Source of the DNA: Waddliaceae bacterium
GTDB lineage: Bacteria; Chlamydiota; Chlamydiia; Chlamydiales; SLFE01
Direction of reading: 5' to 3'
Assembly (NCBI GenBank): GCA_963783885.1
Contig: CAWAPJ010000001.1
Coordinates: forward strand, 96,001 to 160,000
DNA length: 64,000 nt
In this document: positions 19,343 through 29,600 of the stretch, piece after piece
Layout of the letters: each line of letters starts with the position of its first letter
Numbering within the stretch: position 1 is the first letter of the stretch
Position numbers and translations under genes: made by a program
Notes under the pieces: generated by a model
Database searches by the model: none
Seen by the model: only the letters and a program-made list of their open reading frames with translations
Told to the model about the DNA's origin: nothing

Positions 19343-19371
19343 TTGACACATTTTGGGCAATCAGCTATAAA
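19343..19371 (+). promoter_or_regulatory. Sigma70/sigma66-type promoter of tRNA-Ser
   Basis: TTGACA-17 nt-TATAAA. Confidence 0.8.
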
Positions 19372-19388
19372 AGTATTCTCATTATTAA

Positions 19389-19473
19389 GGAAGAGTGGCA
19401 GAGTGGCCGAATGCGCCTGTCTTGAAAACAGGAGTCCCGCAAGGGACCGGGGGTTCGAATCCCTCCTCTTCCG
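19389..19473 (+). tRNA. tRNA-Ser(TGA)
   Basis: GGAAGAG/CTCTTCC acceptor stem, cctgt-CTTGAAA-acagg, long variable arm, GGTTCGAATCC. Confidence 0.96.
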
Positions 19474-19541
19474 ACACCTAATATGAGTTTGAAACTGCGA
19501 TCAGCTTATCAAACGGCTCACGCAGTGTTATGATCCTCTTT

Positions 19542-20174
19542 TTATTTTGCTGCTAACCAAAATTGATACAATCCATCAATATCTTCAGAACACAATAATT
19601 TCATCGATTGGGCTAATTGATCCTCAGACCAATCCCACCAAGACATTTCCAGCAATTTCTGTATTTGCCCATCAGAAAATCTTTTCCTGATAGGTTTTGC
19701 AGAATTTCCTGCAACGATGGTGTAGGGTTCGATATCTCTTGTAACTACTGACCGAGCTCCAATGACCGCTCCACTCCCCACCTTTATGCCAGGCATAATC
19801 ATCGTCTCCGCCCCTATCCATACATCATGGCCTATTTCAGTATTCCCGGCTCCTAAGTAACCGTTAGCAGCTTCTTTCATACACGGTTCATCAAAATAGA
19901 AAAAAGGAAAGGAGCTGACCCATTCCATGCGATGTCCCTGATTACCCGCCATAACAAAAGAAACACCTGTACCTATAGAGCAGAAACTGCCAATTATCAG
20001 TTTGTCCACGTCATCTCTATCAGGCATAAGATAGCGAGCGCATTCATCAAATGAATGGCCATGATAGTAACCTGAGTAATAACTGTAACGCCCAACAATA
20101 ATATTTGGATTTTTTACCTGTTGATCGAGTGGAATACCCTTAAATGGACTTTCAAAATAGTTATCTCTAGTCAT
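19542..20174 (-). CDS. catB: Type B chloramphenicol/xenobiotic O-acetyltransferase
   Basis: [57 protein letters not shown] hexapeptide repeats. Confidence 0.92.
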   Translation of the reverse strand: MTRDNYFESPFKGIPLDQQVKNPNIIVGRYSYYSGYYHGHSFDECARYLMPDRDDVDKLIIGSFCSIGTGVSFVMAGNQGHRMEWVSSFPFFYFDEPCMKEAANGYLGAGNTEIGHDVWIGAETMIMPGIKVGSGAVIGARSVVTRDIEPYTIVAGNSAKPIRKRFSDGQIQKLLEMSWWDWSEDQLAQSMKLLCSEDIDGLYQFWLAAK

Positions 20175-20212
20175 GAAATGATTCCTTGTGTCTTGTCTCA
20201 AAAGTTTTTTGC

Positions 20213-21276
20213 TTAAGATAGCTGGTTAAAGATAACATTTCGACTTAATAGTTTTGAAATAATGTCAGTAGTTGATTTGTCAGACTCATCTAGAGGACCT
20301 ATACTAAATTCTCTGAGTTTTTCACATTGAAGTATTTCTTTAGGAATGGAAATTGTCGTAGGTCCAGTCAACAAGTCTGACCCGTTAAGAATAAAAATTG
20401 TTTCCAGATTTTGCAGCTTCCCAATTTCTGGGGGAAGGGAACGGAGATCGCAACGGTGAAAATAAATATGTTTTAAATTGGTTAACTTCTCGATTTCCGG
20501 AGGAATCGACTTTATATCCATATACATTGAGGTGAAAGATTCGAGTTTTGAAAAATACTGAATTTCCGGAGGTATGTAATAGAATTGAGGTTTATCTTTT
20601 CTTGGATTTGCAATATTTATTTGTTGAATATCCGGAGACCGGTCTTCAAGGGTCTCTCTCCATCTTTTTGCCTCTTTTTGTGCTTGCTCAGGATCCTCCA
20701 AATGCTCTTCCAAGGATATTTTCCTATCGGATAAAACGATACGGCAAAATTGACAAAGAGCCACATCCTGCTTTTGCTCAATTTCTTTTGTGATGCGCTC
20801 GACGATTTCCGGCTTAATCGTTTCATCCACGTCAATTTCGTAATCACGGCATAGCCTGTCCAGCTCCTTAGAAAAACCTCGACAAAGGCCGCACGATAAG
20901 CACGTGTGTTTGGTTCTATGGGCACTTTTTTGAACTCAGGCTTCTTATCTTTTTTTCGAAATAATTTCGAAATTATGCCTTTCTTTTTTTCCGGTTTTTG
21001 CTCCTCTTCCAAATAGAAGGCCTTATCTGGAAGCATTTTTTCAACCCTTTCCCCGAGTTTAGGGTAAGCTCTCTTCAGGTGTTTCATCGGTGAGAGGCTT
21101 TCATCCTCGCAAATCTGTTTCCATGAACGGCTGACTAAACTTAAATTTTTAACATCTTCTTCATCTAATTTACTGGCAATAAATAATCTAACCTCATCGG
21201 GAAGATTCGAAATAAGGTCTTTTTCCGGGGGCTTAGACCGGTCAATTTTATCTCTATCTGGCGGCAATTTTTGCAT
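20213..21276 (-). pseudogene. F-box plus leucine-rich-repeat protein, frameshifted
   Basis: F-box LPDEVRLFIASKL...LSLVSRSWKQIC in 20617-21276; LRRs IPPEIEKLTNL / LPPEIGKLQNL in 20213-20830; one extra base at the A5 run 20872-20876 joins the frames. Confidence 0.8.
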
Positions 21277-21382
21277 CTCTCATCTCCTTAATAGCTTTTT
21301 TAAACTGAAGAAGCAGGATTCATGCCAAAACAATTTTTTAACGGCTTGTAGATTAACGTGGATTGAGATAAAATTTCACCTG

Positions 21383-23248
21383 ATGAAGTACTGTGAATTC
21401 GTTTACAAGACGTTAAGGCGAAAGACGCGAGAAGTGATGGTCGGAAGCGTCGGGGTCGGAGGGGCCAATCCTATCCGTATTCAATCAATGACCACATCCA
21501 GCACAAGGGATGTCGAGGCGACGCTCGAGCAAATCATGAGGCTGGCCGATTCCGGCTGCGAAATCGCCCGCGTGACTGTACAGGGCATGAAAGAGGCCGA
21601 AGCGTGCGAGGGGATCAAAAATGGCCTTTTGCGGAAAGGGTATGAGATTCCCCTTGTCGCCGATATTCATTTTTACCCCCCTGCCGCCATGAAAGTGTGC
21701 GAATTTGTCGACAAAGTGAGGATCAACCCAGGAAATTTTGCAGACAGAAGGGCGACTTTCAAGGTTTTGGAATATGATGATGCATCTTATGCCAAAGAGA
21801 TCGAAAGAATCGAAGAGAAATTCACCCCCCTCGTCGTCAAATGCAAGCAGCTCAAACGAGCTATGCGTATCGGGACCAATCACGGATCGCTGTCCGATAG
21901 AATCATGAACCGCTTTGGGGACACCCCTCAGGGGATGGTCGAATCGGCTCTTGAATACGCCAGAATCTGCCGGCAAAATGACTATCACGATTTTATGTTT
22001 TCGATGAAGTCTTCCAATCCGCAAGTGATGATTCAGGCCTACCGGCTCCTCGCGGCCAGGATGTATGAACTGGGGTGGGAATATCCCCTCCATCTCGGCG
22101 TCACGGAGGCGGGAGAGGGCGAAGACGGCAGGGCCAAATCGGCAATCGGCATCGGCTCTTTGCTTCTCGACGGGCTGGGCGATACGATCCGCGTCTCCCT
22201 CACGGAAGATCCATGGCACGAGATCGATCCCTGCTCGCGATTGATACGCTTTGCCAAGAGTTATCAAGGGCGAGGCATTCTTCCGTTCGAAGAAAAACAT
22301 CGCGATATGATGCACATCGTTCGGCGCTCGGTCGATCTACCCAAGCATGTTTCGATGCACCGAGACGGAACAGTCATCCTAAAGATGAGTCGCGAAGCAG
22401 CGGATGATCCATCTTTCTATGAAAAGATTGGATGCTCCGAAATTGGGAGCTTAACCCCGATGAGCGCAGACAGCCTCATTTTTGATCAAATGCCGGAAAA
22501 TGGAAGCGATCTCAAAGAGGCCGGAGTGGGCATCCTGCAGCCTGTTTCGATTCGAGAGCATGAACTCAGGCGCTTTGCGACTCGGCTGGGAGAAAGATAT
22601 CGCGACGCCGTTTATGTTGAGGAAAATGATGAAGCTGTGTGGCAGTCTTTAAAAACGATCAAACCCGCGATGATCTTACTCCGCCCTAAAGAAAACTGCC
22701 TCCATGTTTGCCGCAAATTTTTTGAGTGGCTGCAAGCAAACGATCTAAAAGTTCCTGTGATTCTGAATTTTTCCTATGACTGCTCGAAAGAAGACCTGAT
22801 TATTCGCTCTGCGGCTGAATGCGGCTCTCTTTTCTGCGATGGTCTTGGAGACGGCCTCTGCCTTGAAGGGCCTTATGACCCCGCATTTTTGCGCAATTTG
22901 AGCTTTAACATTCTTCAATCGGCAAGGATGCGCATGATCAAAACTGACTTTATCTCCTGCCCCAGCTGCGGACGGACGCTATTCAACCTTCAAGATGTCA
23001 CAAAAAGAATTCGGAAAAGGACAGCGCATCTTCCCGGCGTCAAAATCGCGATCATGGGATGCATTGTGAACGGTCCGGGGGAAATGGCGGACGCTGACTT
23101 CGGTTATGTGGGGTCAAAACCGGGAAAAATCGACCTGTATGTAGGCAAGACATGCGTTGAGCGCAATATCGACTTCGAGGATGCTGACGACCGTTTGGTA
23201 GACTTAATCAAAGCTCATGACCGTTGGGTTGACCCTACCACTTATTAG
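21383..23248 (+). CDS. ispG: HMBPP synthase (long chlamydial/plant type)
   Basis: IRIQSMT, PLVADIHF, RINPGN, RIGTNHGS, LHLGVTEAG, CPSCGR, IMGCIVNGPGE. Confidence 0.97.
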   Translation: MKYCEFVYKTLRRKTREVMVGSVGVGGANPIRIQSMTTSSTRDVEATLEQIMRLADSGCEIARVTVQGMKEAEACEGIKNGLLRKGYEIPLVADIHFYPPAAMKVCEFVDKVRINPGNFADRRATFKVLEYDDASYAKEIERIEEKFTPLVVKCKQLKRAMRIGTNHGSLSDRIMNRFGDTPQGMVESALEYARICRQNDYHDFMFSMKSSNPQVMIQAYRLLAARMYELGWEYPLHLGVTEAGEGEDGRAKSAIGIGSLLLDGLGDTIRVSLTEDPWHEIDPCSRLIRFAKSYQGRGILPFEEKHRDMMHIVRRSVDLPKHVSMHRDGTVILKMSREAADDPSFYEKIGCSEIGSLTPMSADSLIFDQMPENGSDLKEAGVGILQPVSIREHELRRFATRLGERYRDAVYVEENDEAVWQSLKTIKPAMILLRPKENCLHVCRKFFEWLQANDLKVPVILNFSYDCSKEDLIIRSAAECGSLFCDGLGDGLCLEGPYDPAFLRNLSFNILQSARMRMIKTDFISCPSCGRTLFNLQDVTKRIRKRTAHLPGVKIAIMGCIVNGPGEMADADFGYVGSKPGKIDLYVGKTCVERNIDFEDADDRLVDLIKAHDRWVDPTTY

Positions 23249-23938
23249 TCTCTTCATAGCCCAACTCGATAAGCAGATCTCCGACATTTTTTTTGAAAAC
23301 ATCTTTTATCTTTTCATCAAAGGATTCTCTCCATATGGAAGTCTTGGCACGGCAGAAGGTCGCTCCTGTTCCATAGACAGAGGAAAACACTTCAAGGAGG
23401 TTTTCGTCCGAGATTTCTATATCGAGAAACCGGGCAATTTTTCTCAGCTCGGCAAGATGCTCCTCTTCGGTTCAACAGCCTCCGGTAGGGCCGATAAGCT
23501 TTTCAAAACTTAAGATGCAGCAATTGGGGCTCTTATGCCACCCCTGAAAAGCCTGGACATGCCATCTGGTGAAATTCCACCAATCGGTCCCCTCGATCAT
23601 GACAATCATCTGTTTGTCGAAAGGGAGACGGGAATACCACTCGAGAGGAAAGGGGCAGCAAATGTTTTTTCCATAATATTTGGCAGCCGAAACGACAAAA
23701 TCCCTGATGTCTCTTGCAATATGAAAAACTTTTGCTCTCTTCCAGATAGGTTCTTAGAGAGTCGCTGCAAGGGATATGAGAAGCCAAAAACCGCCCTTCA
23801 TTTTTATATCGATTCAACATGTCAACAATTCTGCCTTGGGTATGGGCGGCCTGTGAAGATATATCGGAACATAGCCTAGATTTTGAAGAAGATATGTGTA
23901 TTTCCACCGGGAGCAGTCCCTATAGTTGAAGTCCGAAG

Positions 23939-25083
23939 ACCCTGATTGCTACCTAAACTTGTTGTTAAAGTCTTTCGTTGGATTCAGATGCGTAGACTCG
24001 ATTTGAAGGCAAGGGTAATCCCTTGCCGATAATCGAGGCTTAGCAGATGAATTCAATGAAAGATTTTAACGACAATAGTCTCTATGATACTTCCTTAGCC
24101 AAAAAAAAGGGGGCATCATGGAAACTTACGCAACAACAGTTTATGTCATCAGCGAAGAAATCCTTCGAATTTTGGGGATTAAAGACGATCCTCAATCTCA
24201 AATGCCCAACGCAGAAGTGATAACTTTTGCTATTTTATCAGCAAAATATTTTTCTTGTAACTATAAAATGTCCAGATATTTATGTAAAAGATTACGATTA
24301 TTCAGAGCTATTTTAAGCAATAGCCGGCTAAATCGCCGAATTCATAAAATTCCTTGGATTTGTTGGAACGCCATTTTCCGTTTTTTAGCTCTATTTTTTA
24401 AGCAAATAAATAAAGATCAGGGTTTTGCTATAGACAGCTTTCCAGTTTCATGTTGTCAGAAAAATAGAATCGATAAACGGAAGGTTTTTCTAGAACGAAG
24501 GTATTTAGGTTTCGCAGCTTCTAAAAAGCGTTACTTTTGCGGCATAAAAGTTCATAGGATTGTGACGAGCGAAGGCAAGCCGGTTGAAGTTCTTTTCAAG
24601 CCAGGAGCAGTAAGCGATGTAAAGGTGCTCTGGGAAATGAAACTGGACATTCCACCAGATTCTAAACTTTATGCAGATGGTGCGTATAATTGCTTTGATT
24701 TAGAAGACATCTTGAAAGAAGAACAAATTACATTGCTTGCAAAACGGGGATGTAAAGCAAAGAATAGAGTCCGAACACCAATTGAAGAGAGGGAAATTAG
24801 CAGCAAGCGACAGATTGTCGAGACGACATTTAGCTGCATAACAAACCTTTTCCAAAGAACTTTTAAGTTCTGCACTGAACAAGGCTTTTTGATAAAAGTA
24901 TTCTGTGCAATTCTTGCCTATAGTGTTTCGTTTTTATGCAAAGGGGAGCTCAGCTAGAGCTTACACGAGCACACCATCTACTGCCTGTAGCGCCTCGGCA
25001 AGGGATTACCCTTGCCGAGGCGCTACAGTTGTATCTGGCGCACTCGTGTAAGCTCTAGCTAAGGTTTAGGTAGCAATCAGGGT
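23939..25083 (+). mobile_element. IS982-family element, copy 2 (intact)
   Basis: Same TIRs as copy 1; 5-bp TSD CGAAG (23934-23938, 25084-25088). Confidence 0.93.
24118..24957 (+). CDS. IS982-family transposase
   Basis: SRLNRRIH, AIDSFPV, ASKKRYFCGIKVH, LYADGAY, RQIVETTFS. Confidence 0.93.
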   Translation: METYATTVYVISEEILRILGIKDDPQSQMPNAEVITFAILSAKYFSCNYKMSRYLCKRLRLFRAILSNSRLNRRIHKIPWICWNAIFRFLALFFKQINKDQGFAIDSFPVSCCQKNRIDKRKVFLERRYLGFAASKKRYFCGIKVHRIVTSEGKPVEVLFKPGAVSDVKVLWEMKLDIPPDSKLYADGAYNCFDLEDILKEEQITLLAKRGCKAKNRVRTPIEEREISSKRQIVETTFSCITNLFQRTFKFCTEQGFLIKVFCAILAYSVSFLCKGELS

Positions 25084-25262
25084 CGAAGGGATCCAGCAAG
25101 CCTTTTTCTCGGTAAGCTTCTCTAGAATCGGGATGAGAAGATGACTGCCGGTCTTCGGCATTGTCGTGACGATAAATTCGGCAGCTGATAAACTGATCGT
25201 CAGGAATAAAGCGACAAACAAATAGCGAAACATCGCAGTTATTATAGACAAAGTCAGCTATT

Positions 25263-25772
25263 ATGAGAATACTGCTTTTGCTGCTTGCTCTTGGAACACT
25301 CGGAGCAAACGACATCACTTTGACAATTGAACACGCCCAAACCCCCGAAGAGCTTAGCTGGGGCCTAATGGGAAGAGAGGAGCTTTCGGAAAATCACGGG
25401 ATGCTCTTCCATTATCCTCAATGCACAAGACATAAGCTTTGGATGTTTGGCTGTCTTATCCCCCTCTCTGCCGCATTTCTTGACGAGGAAGGGAAAATCG
25501 TCGAAATTCACCAATTGGAAGCCTATCCCGACAAAGTGAAAAATACCGTTCCAATCGAGTCCTATGAAGATCTGGAAAATCTGGACCTCAAGGATCCTGT
25601 CATCCGGTTTTTTATCAAAAAGTCTGTTATATCTTCCAAACCAGTCAAATATGCCTTGGAAATGCCTTATGGCTGGTTTCATGAAAATGGAGTGGCTGAG
25701 GGAGACACCCTCATCTGGGAAAGTCCTGTTGAGAAAATCGGGAATATAGGCTATATTAAAATATATGAGTAA
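25263..25772 (+). CDS. DUF192-family protein
   Basis: EHAQTPEELSWGLMGR, GMLF, WM...IPLS, YALEMPYGWF. Confidence 0.85.
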   Translation: MRILLLLLALGTLGANDITLTIEHAQTPEELSWGLMGREELSENHGMLFHYPQCTRHKLWMFGCLIPLSAAFLDEEGKIVEIHQLEAYPDKVKNTVPIESYEDLENLDLKDPVIRFFIKKSVISSKPVKYALEMPYGWFHENGVAEGDTLIWESPVEKIGNIGYIKIYE

Positions 25773-26139
25773 ACCACTTGTCTCTCATCAGAAAGCTGTT
25801 TCTATCGCCGGAGGGGTCCTGCTTATTTGCATCGGCATACTCTTTTATACCAAATTCTGGTGGCCGGGGATTTTGCTGGCCCTTATGGCAACTGTAGGCA
25901 TCAAAGAAGCGCTTAGAGGGCGGTATTACGATATGGCCTTGTCTGTCGCCATTTTCGGTGTATTGTTTTTGTTCTTCTTCTTAAACAGTAGCTGGTCTAT
26001 TGCCGTTCCTGTTTTATTTACTGTCGCAGGAATATGGATTATCTTCCGCGAATTTTTGAGCACGCAAAAACGGACAGGAGACGAGGCCGCTGAAGATGCA
26101 AGCCGGGAGATGAATGACGAGGAAGAAGATGAACAATGA
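25765..26139 (+). CDS. Hypothetical membrane protein (about 4 TM)
   Basis: Hydrophobic ORF, overlap-coupled to its neighbours. Confidence 0.75.
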   Translation: MSKPLVSHQKAVSIAGGVLLICIGILFYTKFWWPGILLALMATVGIKEALRGRYYDMALSVAIFGVLFLFFFLNSSWSIAVPVLFTVAGIWIIFREFLSTQKRTGDEAAEDASREMNDEEEDEQ

Positions 26140-26521
26140 TATCATTCATATTGCCAAAATCCTAAGCCGGGGCGAAACTGTTTACCTTTTTTTAAAAAAA
26201 ACGGGTCCGGAAACCTACCAGTGGTTTAGAGGTGAAGAGACGACAGATGTCAAAGGAATCACCCCGGAAGAGGCCATGAGGCTTGCCAAAAGGCAATGGA
26301 GGCATAACTCCTTTCGTTTTGTAAACTGCGGATTTCGTTTTACCCTTCCGGAAAGAGACGAGCACGGAGGCAATGCGCTATTTTGTCAAATGGCCGCCTC
26401 TTATAAGGCATCCAATGGCATCTATTTTGACGAAGAGCTGGGACACAGCTGCATCGTTAAAAAAGCTTCGGACGAGGCAAGCGAATTGCTCAGAAAATTA
26501 AAGAGGGAATTGCAAAAGTAA
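26129..26521 (+). CDS. Hypothetical protein
   Basis: ORF coupled to the upstream gene; CGFRFTLPERDEHG segment. Confidence 0.7.
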   Translation: MNNDIIHIAKILSRGETVYLFLKKTGPETYQWFRGEETTDVKGITPEEAMRLAKRQWRHNSFRFVNCGFRFTLPERDEHGGNALFCQMAASYKASNGIYFDEELGHSCIVKKASDEASELLRKLKRELQK

Positions 26522-26666
26522 TGCAAAACCGATTTTTGAGCGATTTTGCCGAAATTCGTCATTTGATGCAAATTCACATACTCCTAAGAGTAGGGAATTT
26601 GCATCAAATGGCGAAGTTCGGTGAAAGCGCCAAAAAGCGGTCTGCAGGAGTTTTGCAATTCCCTCT
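26502..26666. repeat. 165-bp palindromic MITE-like element
   Basis: 16-bp perfect ends AGAGGGAATTGCAAAA / TTTTGCAATTCCCTCT; inner stem TTTGATGCAAATTC / GAATTTGCATCAAA. Confidence 0.85.
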
Positions 26667-26687
26667 AAAATCCTGAGGAATCCACCC

Positions 26688-29600
26688 ATGGAACGTCCTC
26701 GCAAAAATGAATCTAAAGAAATCGTTTGTCCTTCCTGCGGCTCCCACTTCTTCTTGTCGGGAGATAAAAAAGCACATCCCGCATTTTGCACCTACTGCGG
26801 CCATACTTTGGACCAGTCGAGAGACCAGGAAACCACCCTGGAGGAAATTTCTTTTGTTCAAAAACATATCCCCGATGAAGAGTCAGTGCAGTTCAGCATC
26901 GGGTCTTATCAAATTCTAAAAAGAATCGGCAAAGGCGGAATGGGCGAAGTCTTTCTCGCCTACGACACCGAATGCGGCAGAAGAATTGCTTTGAAACGTA
27001 TCCGTACGGATTTAAAAAACAGAAAACAGCTGCTTCAGCGCTTCCTGAAAGAAGCGCGCATCACAGCCCAGCTCACCCACCCGTCGATTATTCCTATTTA
27101 TACCATCCACGAAGATGGACAAAATATCTATTATACCATGCCCTTTGTGGAAGGAGAGACGCTCAGGGAAATCATTAATAAAGCCAGAAAACTGGAAAAA
27201 AAAGGAGAGAAATCCGAAAGCGCCGGAACGTCGATCCCCTCGCTGGCGCGCATTCTCGTCAATGTTTGCCAAGCGATCTCCTATGCACACTCACATGGGG
27301 TTCTTCACAGGGATATCAAGGGAGAAAATATCATTGTCGGAAAATTCGGAGAAGTCATGATTCTGGATTGGGGCCTGGCAAAAATTGTGAAGTCTCCTCC
27401 TGAGGATGAAGTTTTTGAAGAAGAAAAGCCGACATCGCCCGATATCACTGCCATAGGGAAAGTTGTTGGTACAATTTCCTATATGGCGCCTGAAAGGGCG
27501 AGAGGCAATCCCGCAACGACTCTAACCGACATCTATGCTTTGGGCGTACTCCTCTTTGTTATCCTCACACTTCGGCATCCCTTTAAACGAGGCAATCTCG
27601 AAGAATTTCGAAAAACCATGGTCAACGAAGTGTTCAAGGATCCCGCAGAAATCGCCCCTTACAGGGACGTCCCCCAACTCCTGGGGCAAATTAGCAGAAA
27701 ATGTTTGTCGGTTAATCCCGAAGAGAGATATCAAACCGTAGACGAACTGATACACGATCTGGAAAACTATATTGAAGGGCGCTCGGAATGGTTCGAAGTT
27801 TGCCAGCTCGATATTCTTCAGAAAGACGATTGGCAGTTTCAAGAACATGTCCTAATGGCAGAGCAGATGGCGATCACAAGGACACCCGAGTCTTCGCAAT
27901 GGGTCACTTTGATGATTTCCGAAAAGTCTTTTGCGGAAAACATACGAATAGACGCCAGGGTCAAGATTTACTCCGACGGACATGGAATCGGTTTTTTGCT
28001 GAGTATACCCGAAACTTCAGAAAGGCGGCATTTAAATGACGGGTATTGCCTTTGGCTGGGTACGGAAGATCATAAGGCGACCAAACTTCTGAGGTCGACA
28101 GTCGAGGTTCTTCACACGCCCGACATCTTTCTCGAAAGCGGCGTTTGGCACCGGATACGCATTGAAAAAATTGACCATAACATCTATTTTTATCTCAACA
28201 AAGCTCTTCAATTTTCCTATATCAGCCATATTCCCTTAACGGGTACCCACGTCGGATTGATCTGCAGAGACACAAACTTCGACCTGGAATCATTTTCAGT
28301 GTCGCTCGGAAGCCAAAGCGTTATGGTCAACTGCCTCACGGTGCCCGACGCATTTTTAGCCCACAAGTATTATGATATAGCGCTGAGCGAATACCGAAGA
28401 ATCGGCTATACCTTTCCCGGACGGCAGGAAGGACGAGAAGCCATGTTCCGGGCGGGGATCACTCTTCTCGAACAAGGCCGCTATCAAAGCGAATTGAAAA
28501 AATCTCAGGAATTCTACGACCTGGCTCTTCAGGAATTCGAAAAGCTTCACCGAACCCCGGGAGCTCCCCTCGAATATTTAGGCAAAGCTCTTGTTTATAA
28601 AACACTACAAGACATATCCGAAGAAGTTAAATGCTACATGCTAGCTTATAGAAGGTATCCGAAACACCCTCTTCTTTCCGTGCTTGACGAGCAGGTTGCC
28701 TACCGGATGCACGAATGTTCCCGATATCATCGCCATGCCACTTATGAACTTGTCCTTCTTGTAAATCGGCATATCCCGACTGTTCAGAAAACCCCGCATA
28801 CACAAAAACTTATCGAAACGCTGCAGAGGCACTGGGAAACGCTTCCCTTCATTCAAAACGATCCTTGCGGCGCACACGTTAGCAAAGTCAGCAATATCTC
28901 TTTTAGCCTTCTCCTAAGTTTTTGGCTGGCCAAACCGCTATTCATCGAAGAGTTGATCGATTCCCTCATCAAACTCGACAACATTTATCCCATCACATTT
29001 TTTAACGCCCTTTACTGCATCCTTGAGCTTGGGGCGGCAGACCTAGTCAGCGAGCTGTTTGCCAAAACATTGGAAACACGTCCTGAAGACGAGAGCAAAT
29101 TTTTAATTAAAGCCTTCACTCCCTTTGCCTTCGCTGTCAAAGCCGAAAGAGCCCCCATACAAGAGGTCCTGGAAGATTTTCTGATCTCCCTCAAGCGGGA
29201 GATCAACTTTAATGAAATGCGCATCCTCATTTATTTAATCGAAAAGGCACTTTCCGAAGAAAAAACCTCCCTAGTCTATGAAGCACTCGATCGACTGAAT
29301 ATCACGCAGCTGGAAACAAAGCAGCGGCTGAGGCTCGACTATTACCGCATCTGGGCGCTTTTGATCGATAAGAGATGGAGCGAAGCGGGAAAAGTATTTG
29401 AGAGGTACCCTCTTGAATATATCGGAGAGGAAAAAAGCGCCTTTCACTTTCTCTACGGATGCTGGCTTTATGTCACTGAGGGACCTGAAATTGCCAAAGC
29501 CCATTTTTCAGGGGTTCTGGAAGTTTCCTTTCCCAGAAGCTGGACACTGGCCACACACTACATCAACGAAAGGTTCTACGACGGACACCGCTGGTTTCAG

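Larger units (their letters stand above)
23235..25233 (-). pseudogene. Secreted sulfotransferase-domain protein, interrupted by IS982 and further decayed
   Basis: Signal peptide and TMPKTGSHLL (5'-PSB) before the IS; RDIRDFVVS (3'-PB), FEKLIG, KIARFL and LIELGY after it; frameshifts near 23825 and 23730, TGA at 23472-23474. Confidence 0.8.

Noticed and set aside
19474-19541. attC site or tRNA-end direct repeat marking catB as a cassette or integrative element
   Set aside because: No RYYYAAC...GTTRRRY palindrome, integrase or repeat of the tRNA 3' end was seen
8608-23248. Unusually long FtsH and IspG as novelties
   Set aside because: Both long forms are the normal chlamydial versions
23217-23879. 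Plus-strand ORFs 23217-23513 and 23535-23879
   Set aside because: Antisense shadows of the sulfotransferase pseudogene
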